A program made the position numbers and the translations under genes. The notes below the pieces were generated by a model. It had not been told where the DNA came from, made no database searches, and was given only the letters and a program-made list of their open reading frames with translations. A DNA stretch of 63,428 nucleotides, counting the filler, from Folioceros fuciformis (Eukaryota), in NCBI GenBank assembly GCA_049999805.1. It is 12 parts of 12 records of this genome, joined end to end, with 100 filler letters (N's around TTAATTAATTAA, not from the genome) between each part and the next. Parts side by side here need not be neighbours in the genome. Positions count along the whole stretch, not along the records: positions 15,310 to 27,753 come from JBNGIO010004998.1; positions 27,854 to 37,525 come from JBNGIO010004999.1; 10 more parts are not named here. One strand, given 5' to 3'. Shown here one piece after another: positions 24,660 through 36,926 of this stretch (positions are counted from its first letter, which is position 1; every line of letters begins with the position of its first letter).

Positions 24660-27293
24660 CCTTCAGACCTGGCCGTCCCCGAGCGCCTATGCCTACCTGG
24701 ATCCCACCGGCAACCACCCCTACTAGCTGATCAACCCGGCTCCTTGCCTGCTCGGCCGACCTCCTGCCTTCCGGATCTGTCAGCCTCCAGCCTGCTTGCT
24801 AGGTCAACCAGCGCCTGGGTCAGCCAGCCCAATCTCCAGTGATCATCGCCTTGTAAACAGATTCCCCTGTTAACCAGCCGTACCGTCCTAGCTGGCTGAA
24901 CTCGGTGCCGTCCTTCCCCTAGCTGCATCTAGCCAACCAGCCCCAGGCGCTCTGCCCCCATATCAGCTAGCCATCCTGCTACGTCCCGATCTGCCTTTGT
25001 AGCTGGCTAGCAGCCACCTAGCCTGAACCTCACTTGCCCGCCAGCACTACAAGCACATCCCGGATCAACCCGAGGCCTGCCTGGCTTGGATCCAACATCA
25101 CCCCTGGCTTGCCTACACTACCAGTCTGAACCCGACCAGTCGACAGCCCCAGCCGGCTACCCGGCCTTCGAATCCGACCCTGGCCAGCCTGCTAGGTCCT
25201 CCAGCCACCGGCCCTAACTGATCTATTGGTCGCCTATTGGCTCCTAGGTCGCTTGGCTGCTGCCCACAACCGGCCTTTGCAAGCCACCTGGCCGATCAGC
25301 CAAGCCGCCTGCCTGGCACCCATCCGGATCCATCCTAGCCAGTCGCTAGGCGGCTGCCTGACTGCTTGCTGGCGGGCCAGGTCTGTCTGCCGCCGTTCCA
25401 CCAGCCAGCTCGGCTAGCCCGACCAGCCGGCCTCCCAAATCAGCCAGCCGACCTACAAGCTGGCTATTCCTATGTGCTCCAAGTTGCCTGGCTCTAGTCG
25501 TGAGCAGCCACAGCCAGCCCTATCCACGCCGCCAGGGCTCGGCCCCGATCTGCTCTCGTCAGCTCGGCTAGACGGTCAGCCAGGCTTCCCAGATCCGTCA
25601 ACAACCCGCCTGCTCATCAACCAGCCAACCGTCTGCCCGATCTCTGCTAGTCCTCGGGCTATTTGCCTGGCTGCCTCCTCGCTCAGCCGCCTGCCAACTG
25701 GCCTTGATCAGTCGCAGCCAATCCGGCTAGGATCAACCCGAGGCCTGCCTGGCTTGGTTGGATCCGCTAGCTACTAGCTGCCGCCAATCGCCTATCCGGC
25801 CAGGCCGACTAAAGCCACTGCCTGGATCTAGCTACCTGCAGCGCAACGCCTTGCTGCATCCCCGCTTGGACGCTCGTAGTTGTTGATTTTACAGCCATTG
25901 GAGAGGTGCTGCCACCCAGCTTGTCCAGGACCTTATGCCATTGCCCGCGCCTGGCTGGTCTGCCTCCTGGATCTGATACTGCCGCAGCCTCGGAGCGGCC
26001 TGCCCACCAGGACCCGGCTGCTGCTGACCGCTTGCCAACCTCCAGATCCAGCCCCGGTCTCGACTAGCTTGGATCCGCCTAGCCAGGCCAGCCAGCCTGC
26101 CCGTCAACTGGCTACTCCTTTGCGCTCCAGGCTGCGTGGCACCAGTCGTGAGCAGCCACAGCCAACCCGGACGCTGAGCTGGGCCGCCTACCCTTCAGCT
26201 GGCCTGCCACCGACATGCCCGGCCTCCTGCCCTCCTGAACCTGGCCAGAAGCTAGCCCAGCAGATCCGCCTGCAGCTTGCCTGTAGCTAGGCCAGGTTGG
26301 GCTACGGCCAGGCTCCTCAATAGCCAACCGACCAACTCAGCTGCCCAGCTTGGCTCCAGCCCGCGCTCCAGCAGCCCGCCATCACCAGTTGGTTCCAAGC
26401 CGGCCTACAAGGCCAGCGGATCCAGCTCTGTCCTTGCAGCAGCTTGGCTTGCTTTAGATCGGCCAGCAAGGCCAGCGGATCCAGCGCTGTCCACTTGCAG
26501 CAGCTTGGCTTGCTTTAGATCGGCCAGCAAGGCCANNNNNNNNNNGTCCACTTGCAGCAGCTTGGCTTGCTTTAGATCGGCCAGCAAGGCCAGCGGATCC
26601 AGCACTGCCCTACCTGTCTAACCCACACCGAGCTGGATCAGCCCACGTCCTGTCTGGTAGCTTCTCGCCATGGCCCAGCTCTTTCCCCTATGGTGAGCAC
26701 AGAAAACATGCTGCATCTTTTCGCAAGAACCACGAAACCGACTGCACCACAGGCAACCCCGCAGCTTCCTCCGACCCACGCTGGCTGCCCAGATCTACCC
26801 CAGCACCACCCAACCGATACCAGCCGATGGCGGTGCCTACTTGGAACCAGGATCCATCGTCGCCCCGGCCCACTTGGTGCGGCCTAGTCCCCAGTTGCTG
26901 CCGATCCCCTGCTAGCTGCCCGTTCGCGGCCTACACCGACCTGGATCGGCCACCGACGGCCAGCTCCACAGTCGCCACAGCCTGGCCTGGTTGTCCCCTC
27001 CACAGTAGCCGCCAATCCGGCACCTGCTCTCAACTGTGACCAGCCAAACCGCCCGGTCAGCCTGTCCTAGCCTAGCGTTGGCAGCCGAATCCATTTGTCA
27101 TCCGGCCTGCCAGCCAAGCCGGCCGGCCAGGCTACTCTTGGTCGTCGGCCTACTGGTCCAAACCTAGCTAGCCAGCCAGCTCCCTAGCCTCCCCGGCCTG
27201 TTCTGAGCTCCAGCCTGGTCTATGGTCCAGCCTGGTTGGATCCACCAACCAGCAGGACCGCCTCCCATCAGCACGGTTGCCTACCTAGCTAGG
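24660..27293. repeat. C-rich GC mosaic repeat with internal duplications
   Basis: GATCAACCCGAGGCCTGCCTGGCTTGG at about 25063 and 25731; a roughly 55-bp tandem at about 26410-26603. Confidence 0.6.
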
Positions 27294-27753
27294 TGTGAAC
27301 CTCCAAAGTTTGGGGTAGTGGTTTGTTTTGGTTGAAAAAGAGTTAATAGTGGTATGGTTTGGTTTTCCTTTTCATCTTATTTTCCCTAATTTTCCTTTAT
27401 TTTCTAGTCATTTTTCCTATTTTTCTTTGTGCTAATAAGATTAATTGACCAGAAAATAGTTGGTTTGGTTATAAGAGTGGGTATAGGTTTGGTCCCAGAC
27501 TTGGGAAGGTTTAGGTTCAGTACCAGGCCATAGGGTTGGGTGATTAGTTTAATATTAATTAAAGATATATAATTATTAAATGATTATATAATAATATAAT
27601 AATATTAAATAATAAAATAAAATAATGGTTTGAACATGGGAACGGGTATTTGGGTATGTCAGTGTTAGGGGACAGGGTCTGACGATAGGCTGCCTGATTG
27701 CTTGGCTAGCATGAACGGCCATGGAGGCCATGCCCTAGCTAGAGCTAGAGGCA
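27294..27753 (+). mobile_element. Putative LTR start (TGTGAACC family)
   Basis: Matches 3047-3091; T/G-rich, then AT-rich, then GC-rich mosaic motifs before the gap. Confidence 0.6.
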
Positions 27754-29802
27754 NNNNNNNNNNNNNNNNNNNNNNNNNNNNNNNNNNNNNNNNNNNNTTA
27801 ATTAATTAANNNNNNNNNNNNNNNNNNNNNNNNNNNNNNNNNNNNNNNNNNNNGTGTAGAAGTGATGCAAGCATCTCCTACCGCGATGGTGTGGGAGGAC
27901 AGAGCTTCGGAGGCGAGAAAGTCAGTTGAGGCGGTGGTCCAGTCTGCAATGGGGATCTTGGAGTCGGATCAGCCCAAATCGTTGCTGATCTCTCTCAAGG
28001 TTCAGAAGGACAACTCCGCCTCGGCGTCAAGTGCAGGCTAGGAGAGGGAGGAGAGCGTCCTGATGGCTGGCAACGACCACATGTTGGGTGATCACAAGAT
28101 TCTTGGGGTGGTTGTTGAAGGTAGTGATGATCCGTTGAGGCGGCCTTGTGGTGCGGCAGGAGGTCGTTAGTTGGTCCTGGGAGAGGTGGGTGCGTGGCCA
28201 GCTCTCAATAATGGAAGTGTCTAGGTTGTGTTTGTCCAAGAGGGCGAAGCAAACTCGGATGCTGGGGTGCCCGCTACTTGCCTGAAAACACCTTCTGTAT
28301 CAGCTCCTTGGAAAGCTGTCGTGGTCTGTCAGGAGGAGAATTCTGCAGATGTGCTCACAGTAGGTCCTGAGGAGATGGGTAGGCAGTTTGAAGGCTGTCG
28401 GGATGAGCTAGCAGCAAAGAGGTGGGACGCTCAGGCAAAGGGCAGATGGGCGTCGCCGAATGTGGGGAACAGGTCGGGATTTTCGTCCGTGGAGAACGTC
28501 TTGGCTCAGGACGGGAAGTCCCAACATACTGGTTCCCTGATAATGGGTTTTGGTTTCCCATCCTTGCAATTTGATGGGGAGGAGGAAGAAGTGTCGATGG
28601 TGCCGCCTGATTGGGATCCTAACATTGAGGAAGGATGGGGTAGCTTGGTGAACGTTCCAGGTGTGCGGCAGTATGATTTTGCTCCAGGGACATTAGACAA
28701 CCGCAATCCCCAAGATCGAGACTGTCGAGGTTCTCTGAAGGTGGGGGATTCGAGGTATGGGGAGGCGCTGCATGTACCTCCTACTGTGCTGAATGGGAAG
28801 GATGAGGTGTATGTGGAGAACGGTGCCGCCGGGCTGGGGACCCAACGTGCCGACAGACCCCGAGGCCAGGAGGCGGCTCTGGATCCTCTAAAGGCGAATG
28901 TGCAGGTCGGGTCTTCCTCACCCCTGGACAAGTTTCAAGCTCGGGAGGCGGTCTGCCTGTTGCCCTGCGACTCGCACCGTGAGAGAATTCTAGCAAGCTT
29001 TGAGGCAGATGCTGATGCTCGTGAGGTGGCGAAAGATGGGCGGATTGCGCTGCTGAGTGTGGTTGGGCTGGCCAGGGAGAGACGGGTGAAAAGGTGGTTT
29101 CCAACGGTGGAGTCTGCCAGGTAGGAGACTCACAGGGTGGGAAGGTGAGTTTGGTGGCTTACCTCCCCACCGCCGGCAAGAAGGCGCCCTCTGATTCCGG
29201 GCTTGGGGCTGCCAATGTGGGTCGCCTAGTGGAGGATTTCGCTTATGAGCAACTGGCGGCTTCTACGGCAATGCTCTATGATGGGATGGCTCCTGCGGGC
29301 TCGATCCAGGGGACAAATTCTATCCCTTCCTCTCAAGCAGTCGGTGAAGAAGTGGGAAGGGAGTCTTCCACGGTGCTTCATGGGCCTTAGCTTCTCGTTT
29401 CTCCGCGGGGGGTCCCAACACCACACAACCTGTCTGCTCCGGGCCATCAGTCTCCCGGGCTTGGAGGGGGCCTTGGTCCTGCTGGAACAGTTGAGTCAAG
29501 GGCAGTATCGGCTGGAAATTCCACTGCCTGGAACACTGTGGATACATCTGTCTTGATCACAGGCAAACAAAGGAACTTGGAGGTGGCAGTAGGGAAGAGG
29601 ACTCGTGTTTTGGAAGATCTGTCATCAGGTCTTAAACGGATCTGTCATCTGGCCAAAGCAAGGAAGGCGCTAAACAAAGTCGTTCAACGCAAGATTAAGT
29701 TACTGGAAGTGCAAAAGGGTGGCAATAGGTTTCATGGGAAGACCTCTGCTGGCGTGGGGAACGACTTTGTCGCAGTGCGTGGTCTACGCAGATATGGAGC
29801 GA

Positions 29803-29946
29803 GGGAACCTGTTCTGCGCGTCGCGGAAAAACCTTGGTGGGAACCTGTTCTGCGCGTCTCGGAAAAACCTTGGTGGGAACCTGTTCTGCGCGTCTCGGAA
29901 AAACCTTGGTGGGAACCTGTTCTGCGCGTCTTGGAAAAACCTTGGT
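29803..29946. repeat. 4 x 36-bp in-frame tandem repeat (EPVLRVSEKPWW)
   Basis: Unit GGGAACCTGTTCTGCGCGTCTCGGAAAAACCTTGGT. Confidence 0.95.
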
Positions 29947-30085
29947 GGACTGTGCCAGCCCCACAAAACGGGCTAGCCCCACCATGAGAGATAATGAGAG
30001 AATGTGATAATGAGAGATATGTGCTAAGGACGATGAGGATACTGAGATTGTCTGGCATGAAGTGCAAGCCGTCTTTTTCGGGGAC

Positions 30086-30549
30086 GAAGGTAGCACCTCC
30101 CCGCTAAATTCCTTGGAAGAGGACCCAATGAAGGTATCACGAAGGTAGCACCTCCCCGCTAAATTCCTTGGAAGAGAATCCAATGAAGGTAGCACCTCCC
30201 CGCTAAATTCCTTGGAAGAGGACCCAATGAAGGTAGCACAAAGGAGAACCGGACCCAATGAAGGTAGCACGAAGGAGAACCCAATGAAGGTAGCACCTCC
30301 CCGCTAAATTCCTTGGAAGAGGACCCAATGAAGGTAGCACCCAATGAAGGTAGCACGAAGGTAGCACCTTCCTGCTAAATTCCTTGGAAGAGGACCCAAT
30401 GAAGGTAGCACCTCCCCGTTAAATTCCTTGGAAGAGGACCCAATGAAGGTAGCACCCAATGAAGGTAGCACCTCCCCGCTAAATTCCTTGGAAGAGGACC
30501 CAATGAAGGTAGCACCTTCCCGCTAAATTCCTTCGAAGAGGACCCAATG
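30086..30549. repeat. About 8 x 44-bp repeats with interspersed partial units
   Basis: Unit GAAGGTAGCACCTCCCCGCTAAATTCCTTGGAAGAGGACCCAAT. Confidence 0.92.
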
Positions 30550-33500
30550 CAGGTTAAGGAGGCGTAGGATGAGTATCCTCCACAGGGCAGAAGGTTGATC
30601 ACCACATTTGGTGATCAACCTGATGGTTATGAGAAAGGTGCAAGATTTTTATTCTTTTCTGGTTATGATAGGAGGTGGGGGGAGCAGCTACCCCTTGTCA
30701 TTACACTGCACCATTTGCATGGAGGGTAAGAAAGAATATTTGAATACTTGTTTGCCAGAGGGGTTCCTGTCGGCAAGGAGGGAAAAGAGGAGGAATTCTT
30801 CAGTGGTATATACTAGAAGGATGGTCAACTTTTTGCTGACATCCGGCTAAAACAAGTTTATAGACCCAATATGCCACTTATCCCGGAGTGGAGGTGGTCC
30901 TTGGACGTGCCTTGAGCAAAAGACTGGATATGGAGTCCAGACATGGCAGTGGGTGATGTCGAGGGGCTCTTGGATGGTCAGGGCAGGAGGAAAGCTCCCG
31001 CTGTTTGCAAATATAAAAGGCTTCAAAGATTATCCCTTGAGCTCAAAGCAAAGGATCATCTTGCGTGGCCCAAGTCAGTGTCGGGGGCTAGGATGCCCAA
31101 GCCCTCTGCTGTAAGGAATCTCTCAAGCAAGTCCCGCTAAATGGGTATCGACACTTTGAAGAACTATGAGAGGGGGTCTCACCTGCGGATCATTTCCTGG
31201 AATGTTAGGGGTCTGGGGGGTTGGTCGAAGACGGCGTCGAAGTGTAAACGAATAAAGAATCTACTAGAAGAGGAAGTCACGTGGGATGTTGTGTGCTTGC
31301 AAGAGCATAAACTATCTCTTGAGGAAATCCAGAGAGTGAAGATCTTTCTTCCTGGTCGAATAGAATGGGCAGCAGCTAAGCAGAGGATACAAGAGATGGA
31401 GAAAGGTCTTCTTAACGAGTTTTGGCGACCCGCGGAGGCGTGTCCATTACAATTCACCCAGAGCAAACTCACAACATCTTGGAATCGGGGCAAGATGAGG
31501 AGGGGAGGTTTGTGTGGTTGGTGCTGCAAACTCCTCAAGGCCCAGTTGGAATCTGCAATATTTACTCGCCCAATTCGCCATTGACAGGAGTATCCTTTGG
31601 TGTAGGCTGGGGATCAGCTTGATGAGCAAATCCCATGGATGCTGGCTGGCGACTTCAACTTTGTTGAACGCCGTGAGGACATTCGAGGGGATAGCCCAGT
31701 AGATATACGGGCGGTGCCTATGTCTTGGTAGGAGTTGAGAGACACGGTCCTTGCTGTGCAGGATCCTTGGGTGGCCCTCCCGGCTCATCGCCAACCATAG
31801 TCCTTGATGTTCAACTGGTCCAATCAACAATAGAATTTGGGAGTGCACAGGTTGAACAAGTTCTATTTACCTTCAGAGTGGTTGGCCTTCGTACAGTCAT
31901 ACAATATTCTCGCTGGTACGATCCTTTCTGACCACCACCCCATTAGCTTGCACTTGAGGCTTGCTCCGGAGGTTGAGCACCCAAGGAGGCATATGAAAAA
32001 ATTTCGGATGTACACATCTTTACTGAAGGAGAAAGGTGTCTTTGAAGATATCAAAAACATCTGGCAGGGAGTTGAACAAGGGGGAGAAAATGCGGCGGTC
32101 AAACTGATGTGTGCTACTAACGAGGCGACTAGGTATTTGAGGAGGCTAGGGGTTCAACGAGAACGAGAACAACGCCAGCAAGAACGTTTTTTGAGGGAGG
32201 ATCAGTGGTGGCTACAGAGGAGCTACGAGGGTTGGGAGCTCGCAAGTGCGGAAGAGGCCAGGAAAACGAAGGTGCAGAGCGCTTTGGCCAAGTTGGAAGA
32301 AGACAGGGCCAGAGGTTGGTTTAAGCGGGCCAAAGTCAAGTGGGTGAGGGAGGGGGATGGCCCCTCTAAGTTCTTTTTCAATAAGGTGGCCTCTAATCGA
32401 CATAGAACGCGAATTCCTGCCCTCCCAGACGCACGAGGCGTGGTGCAAGAATCACTCAAAGGTTTAAAAACTCTTATTACCCTCTTCTTTGTTGGCATAT
32501 TCTCCAGCGTTGGGAAGGCGGCAGGGTGGGAACGGTTTTGGTCTTCTTCTTATGGCATGCTTTTGGCTGAAGTGTCTGATGACCAGTGCAGGGCTCTGTA
32601 TAAGCCGATAACCGCTGACGAGTTGCTCCAGGCCCTGAAGGAGATGCCGAGGGATAAATCCCCGGGACATGATGGTATCCCTCCCGAGTTCCTGCTTTGG
32701 GGGTGGGAATTTATGCAGCCGTTATTCATGGAAGCGGTTAGTATGTTTTGGGAAGAAGGTAGCATGGGGAGCTGGTTCAATATGGGGGTTATCTCCCTGC
32801 TCCCTAAGCAAGATGCTAGCTTATCAATCTCCAATTGGCGCTCGATTACCTTGCTCACTACCACGTACAAGGTGATTGCTAAGGTACAGGCTAACCGAAT
32901 TACACCCTTCCTTGATGATTGGATTGAGAAAGAGCAGCGAGGGTTAATTCAAAATAGATGCATCCTAGACAACCTACTAATCCTGATGAAAGCTAAGTAC
33001 AACACTCAAGTACAGAAGAAAGCCGCCGTTTTCATTTCCCTTGACTTTTACAAGGCTTATAATTCTGTTGAATGGCATTTCCTGTGGCGAAGCCTACGTA
33101 GCTTCGGGTTTGGGAATAATTTCCGCAGATGGATAGCCATTTTGAGCGAAGATGTAGGAGCCCAGGTGGATGTTAATGGGTCTTTTACGGAACGCTTTGG
33201 CATCTCTTGGTCGGTACGTCATGGTGGCCCCCTTGCTCCATTCTTATTTATCATCGTCACTGACTTCTTTCTCAACGTAGTCAAGCAAGACCCGGCAGTG
33301 GTGGGTATTTGGAACCCAGACGGAACGTAGCAGGTCAAGGTCTTGGTGAACTATCAGGCTGCAAGGTGAATTGGAGTAAGACGCGCATGATGTGTCTTCA
33401 CTTGGATGGGGAGCCTCCTCAGTGTATCAATCACATTAGGCGAGTGACTCAAGGTTCTACCCACAAGTATTTGGGGCTTCCGTTCCAAGAGGGGGATGAG

Positions 33501-36500
33501 AATGGGGAGATTGGGAAGTACGTCTGCCTTAGGTTCATTCGCAAAGTGGCTAGTCTTCAATTTTTGGAGCTCAATCTGGCAGGTAGGTTGGTGGTAATTA
33601 ATCATATCCTTACTGCCTCTTTATAGTATTATCTGTTTTTATGGGCCCCTTCCAAGTTAGAGGTGAAACGCTTAAAACAGGTGTTGACCTCTTTCCTGTG
33701 GAAGCGTTCGGGAGATAATATGGCTGGGTGCTCTAAAGTGGCTTGGCAGCATATTATTCAGGCATGTGGTTTGGGGGTCTCAAGGTGGTGGACCTGGTTG
33801 CCAAGATGAAAGTGTTGCATGCTCAATGGGTTGTCAGGGCAGCTGATTCGACTTTCTATCCTTGGAAGAGCCTTTTAAACACAGCATCTGGACTGCACCC
33901 AAGCTGTCCCTAGGGTAAGGAGATCCATGGACAATATTTTGGCTGACAAACCGATACTCGATACTGCAGAATGCTCCCCACTTTTCAAGTCCATCTGGAG
34001 TAGTTACTTGGAGGTTAAACAATATCTTATCCCGAGTGACTTTTCTTGTGCGGATGATGTTCTTGGTATTCCTTTGTAGGGGTTCTCGAGGTTGTGGGTG
34101 CAGGAGTTCATGCCAAGGGTATATCGATCACAAATTTTTGGGTTGGCTTGTCGAAGAGGCGTTATCCAACTTGGTCATTTATGGAATTGATCAGAGGCTC
34201 GTTGGAAGGAGATAGAGGAGGTCAAAGGGGAGTTTGGTTTAGGGGCCCGGTACGTCAGACTCATTTTCTTGTGGTTGCACGAGGGGCTTGAGGAAAAGGT
34301 GCAACAGTTCTTAAGGCAACAACCTACCATAGGAGGTGAAGGGTGGTATGCATTCTTCATGGATAGTAGGGAAGTCTATTCGGAGGAGGAGGAGGATCAG
34401 GTGGAAGCATTAGAATTAGATTAGGCGGTATGGCTTGCGAGATCGGAGGGCAAAGAGACGCTGAAGTCGTTCAAGGTCATGTCGCTTGATGGATTTTTGG
34501 AAGAGTAGGGCAGGGATGACGGGGAAGCTTGAGAGGGGAATTACGGGGTATCAATGTCCTCGTTAAGTCTGTTCAGGCAAGGCGATGGTGCACCCCAGAC
34601 GAACTCCCAATTGGGCCACAAACCTCATAAAGCAAAGGTTCAGTGCTGGTTTCCACTAGGCGAGAATTGGGCCCTGACCTTCAGACCAGATCTCTACAAG
34701 TGGCCCACGCGTCCAGGGTGCAAGAAGGCTACCCCTCGATCTTTCTTCAACTTCCCAACGGCGGACTTGTTCCTTGGGTTGGTGTGAGCACAAAAAATCA
34801 AGCAAAGACAACCGATGGCTCCCCGATTGCAATTAGTTGGACGGCGACAAAGAGAAGCCAGCAAACTTCTATGGAAGTCCGTAGGAATCTCCCCCAAGGT
34901 CAAGTCTACGATATGGTATTTTTTTCAAGCGTGTTTGCCTAATGTGAATCGTTGGGATGGGCTTTTAGCTGTAACGAGGGAGGATGTGTGTCGGTTGTGC
35001 GCAGCTGGGGCCCCAAACAAGAGTCCACACATGGTCTATCATTGCAGCTTTGCCCAAGAGATATAAAGGGAGGTAGGCAGGTGGCTCCGTTTGATTTTTC
35101 ATGGTGCTAACCTCAAGATCACGACACAATCAACCTTATTTGGGCTAGACGCAACCTCGGATGAACCTCTCCTTAAAACACAATGGTGGGGCTTACTGTG
35201 GTCTTCTTGCCTTTTTCATCTCTGGGTCAATTGGTTCGTGGTGGTCTATGGAGGACAGGAATCAGCTTCATCGAAAGCTTTGTTGTGGCGCATATGGGAG
35301 CATTCGTTGATTGCAGCAGAAGCTTTGGAGCAATCCTGTTGGAAACAATTTAAGCGGAAAGACAGGAGGAGGGCGGGATTCCTAGCGCCTGGGAAAGATA
35401 CATGTTGGAATCATTCGTGCCCCTCGGGACGGTGAGCCTTAAGATCCTTGGGGGACCCCGAGGTGTGAGTGTAATTGGCTTTGGCAGTTCGTGGGTACCA
35501 TAGTGTAGGGTACCATAGTGTAGGGGATCGCTTTCTGAGCGCCTTGTCTTGAGTTTTGGACTTAAGGCCAGTTCTCCCCTCGCTTCTGGTGCTTGATTTT
35601 TGTACATACGTTAGTAGGATTCTTCCCTTGTATTGTAGTGGAACGCATCTACCAATTATAATCTGAATTTTTTTCGCAAAAAAAAAATAATGCAGCTTGT
35701 TTAACCTTGTCCCTATATAATGCGAACCATATGTATTTCTTGCTCGAGAAACGAAATAGAATGAGCCTGCATTTTTGTTTAAGAAAAAAAATCATTAAAG
35801 TATATTTAAAATAAAATAAAATTCATTTAATTGAAATAAATAGAGTTTATATATTGTAACATAGTTGGGAGGGTGAGTCTAGGTGTTGAGAAACATAATC
35901 CTATTGTAGACATATGCCTACATTTATACAAAATATGTACAAGTCTTCTCTTCTGCCCAGGCTGTTGAGGAAACAGCCTGTGGCGAGGGCACTCGCTCCC
36001 ACGGTATCAACCCTAAAGTGCACGTACTGTACTGGAAGCTTCCGTAAGGTGCAGGTGGATGCAGGACGCTGGATCTGGCCCCGCCATCTGCCGGCGACAG
36101 AGGGCTGAAAGTTCTCTTGCCTGTTGGGGCTGGAAGTACAGACATGCAAGATGAAAGGCTGGAAGGCGAAGACCAGGTAAGTGTGCACAGGCTGTGTTTA
36201 TCACCGTAACGCTGTAGAAACTGGATTGTGAGACAATTAGCCATCATCCGAAGAACGATTTGGCAAACAGAGCAGGGAACAGAGGGTGAAGAAGGGCGAA
36301 GCTTGGGCATATTCTCCTGCCATGCTCCTGTAGCGGCTACTTGATTCTCATCTCCGTGATCTCTCTTATGGCCGGCCACAGGAAGGGAGGCAACACATGG
36401 CGCACATTTGCTCCTCGATTGGATGATTAAAAGCTATGCCTGTGCATGTGCTACAGCTGATGCCGTAGCAAAGGTAATCAGTTAACACAAGTAGTGAGCT

Positions 36501-36926
36501 ACCCCTCGATTTCGTATGGTGTCACTGTGACTTGAAGGCAGAAGCTCCACATACGAGTTCACTGAGGTACCAAGCTTCGGCTGGTCGGGATGATGAAAGA
36601 TACAGCCTAACAGTGTGCAAGTGATGTGACAGCCACAAGGCCGCAAATCTGGATCACTTGCCTGTGAAAACGAAGAGCCGCAGCTGTACGTGTACAAGCG
36701 CGCACCTTCGTCCCTCCCTACGCATAGCCTCCATGGACCATCATCTGTTCATCCCCATCACGACGCTGTGAGAGGTCTCTATTGCCAAACAGGAAAGAAT
36801 GCAAGGCAAGGGAGAAGTAGCAAAATCCATCAGAAGCAGCATTAAATACACCAACAACATGTAGCTGAAGAGCATGCCTGACACTTGGTTGAAGGCATTA
36901 CAGGCCCTGGCCACATACTTCTCTCT

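Larger units (their letters stand above)
27854..35687 (+). mobile_element. Degenerate L1-clade LINE: ORF1-like region, repeat-rich spacer, ORF2 (about 31141-35435) and poly(A)
   Basis: APE endonuclease motifs RIISWNVRGL, VVCLQEHK and SDHHPI. RT motifs KWVREGD, KSPGHDG, NWRSITLL, SLDFYKAY and RHGGPLAPFLF. C-terminal CRLC...HMVYHC. A10 at 35678-35687. The YADD block is missing near 33330. Confidence 0.92.

Noticed and set aside
30086-30549. Repeat-spacer (CRISPR-like) pattern
   Set aside because: The intervening pieces are fragments of the repeat itself, and the array lies inside a LINE.
35924-36379. 151-aa ORF downstream of the caspase as a partner or substrate gene
   Set aside because: No recognisable motif, non-ATG start, overlapping short frames on both strands.
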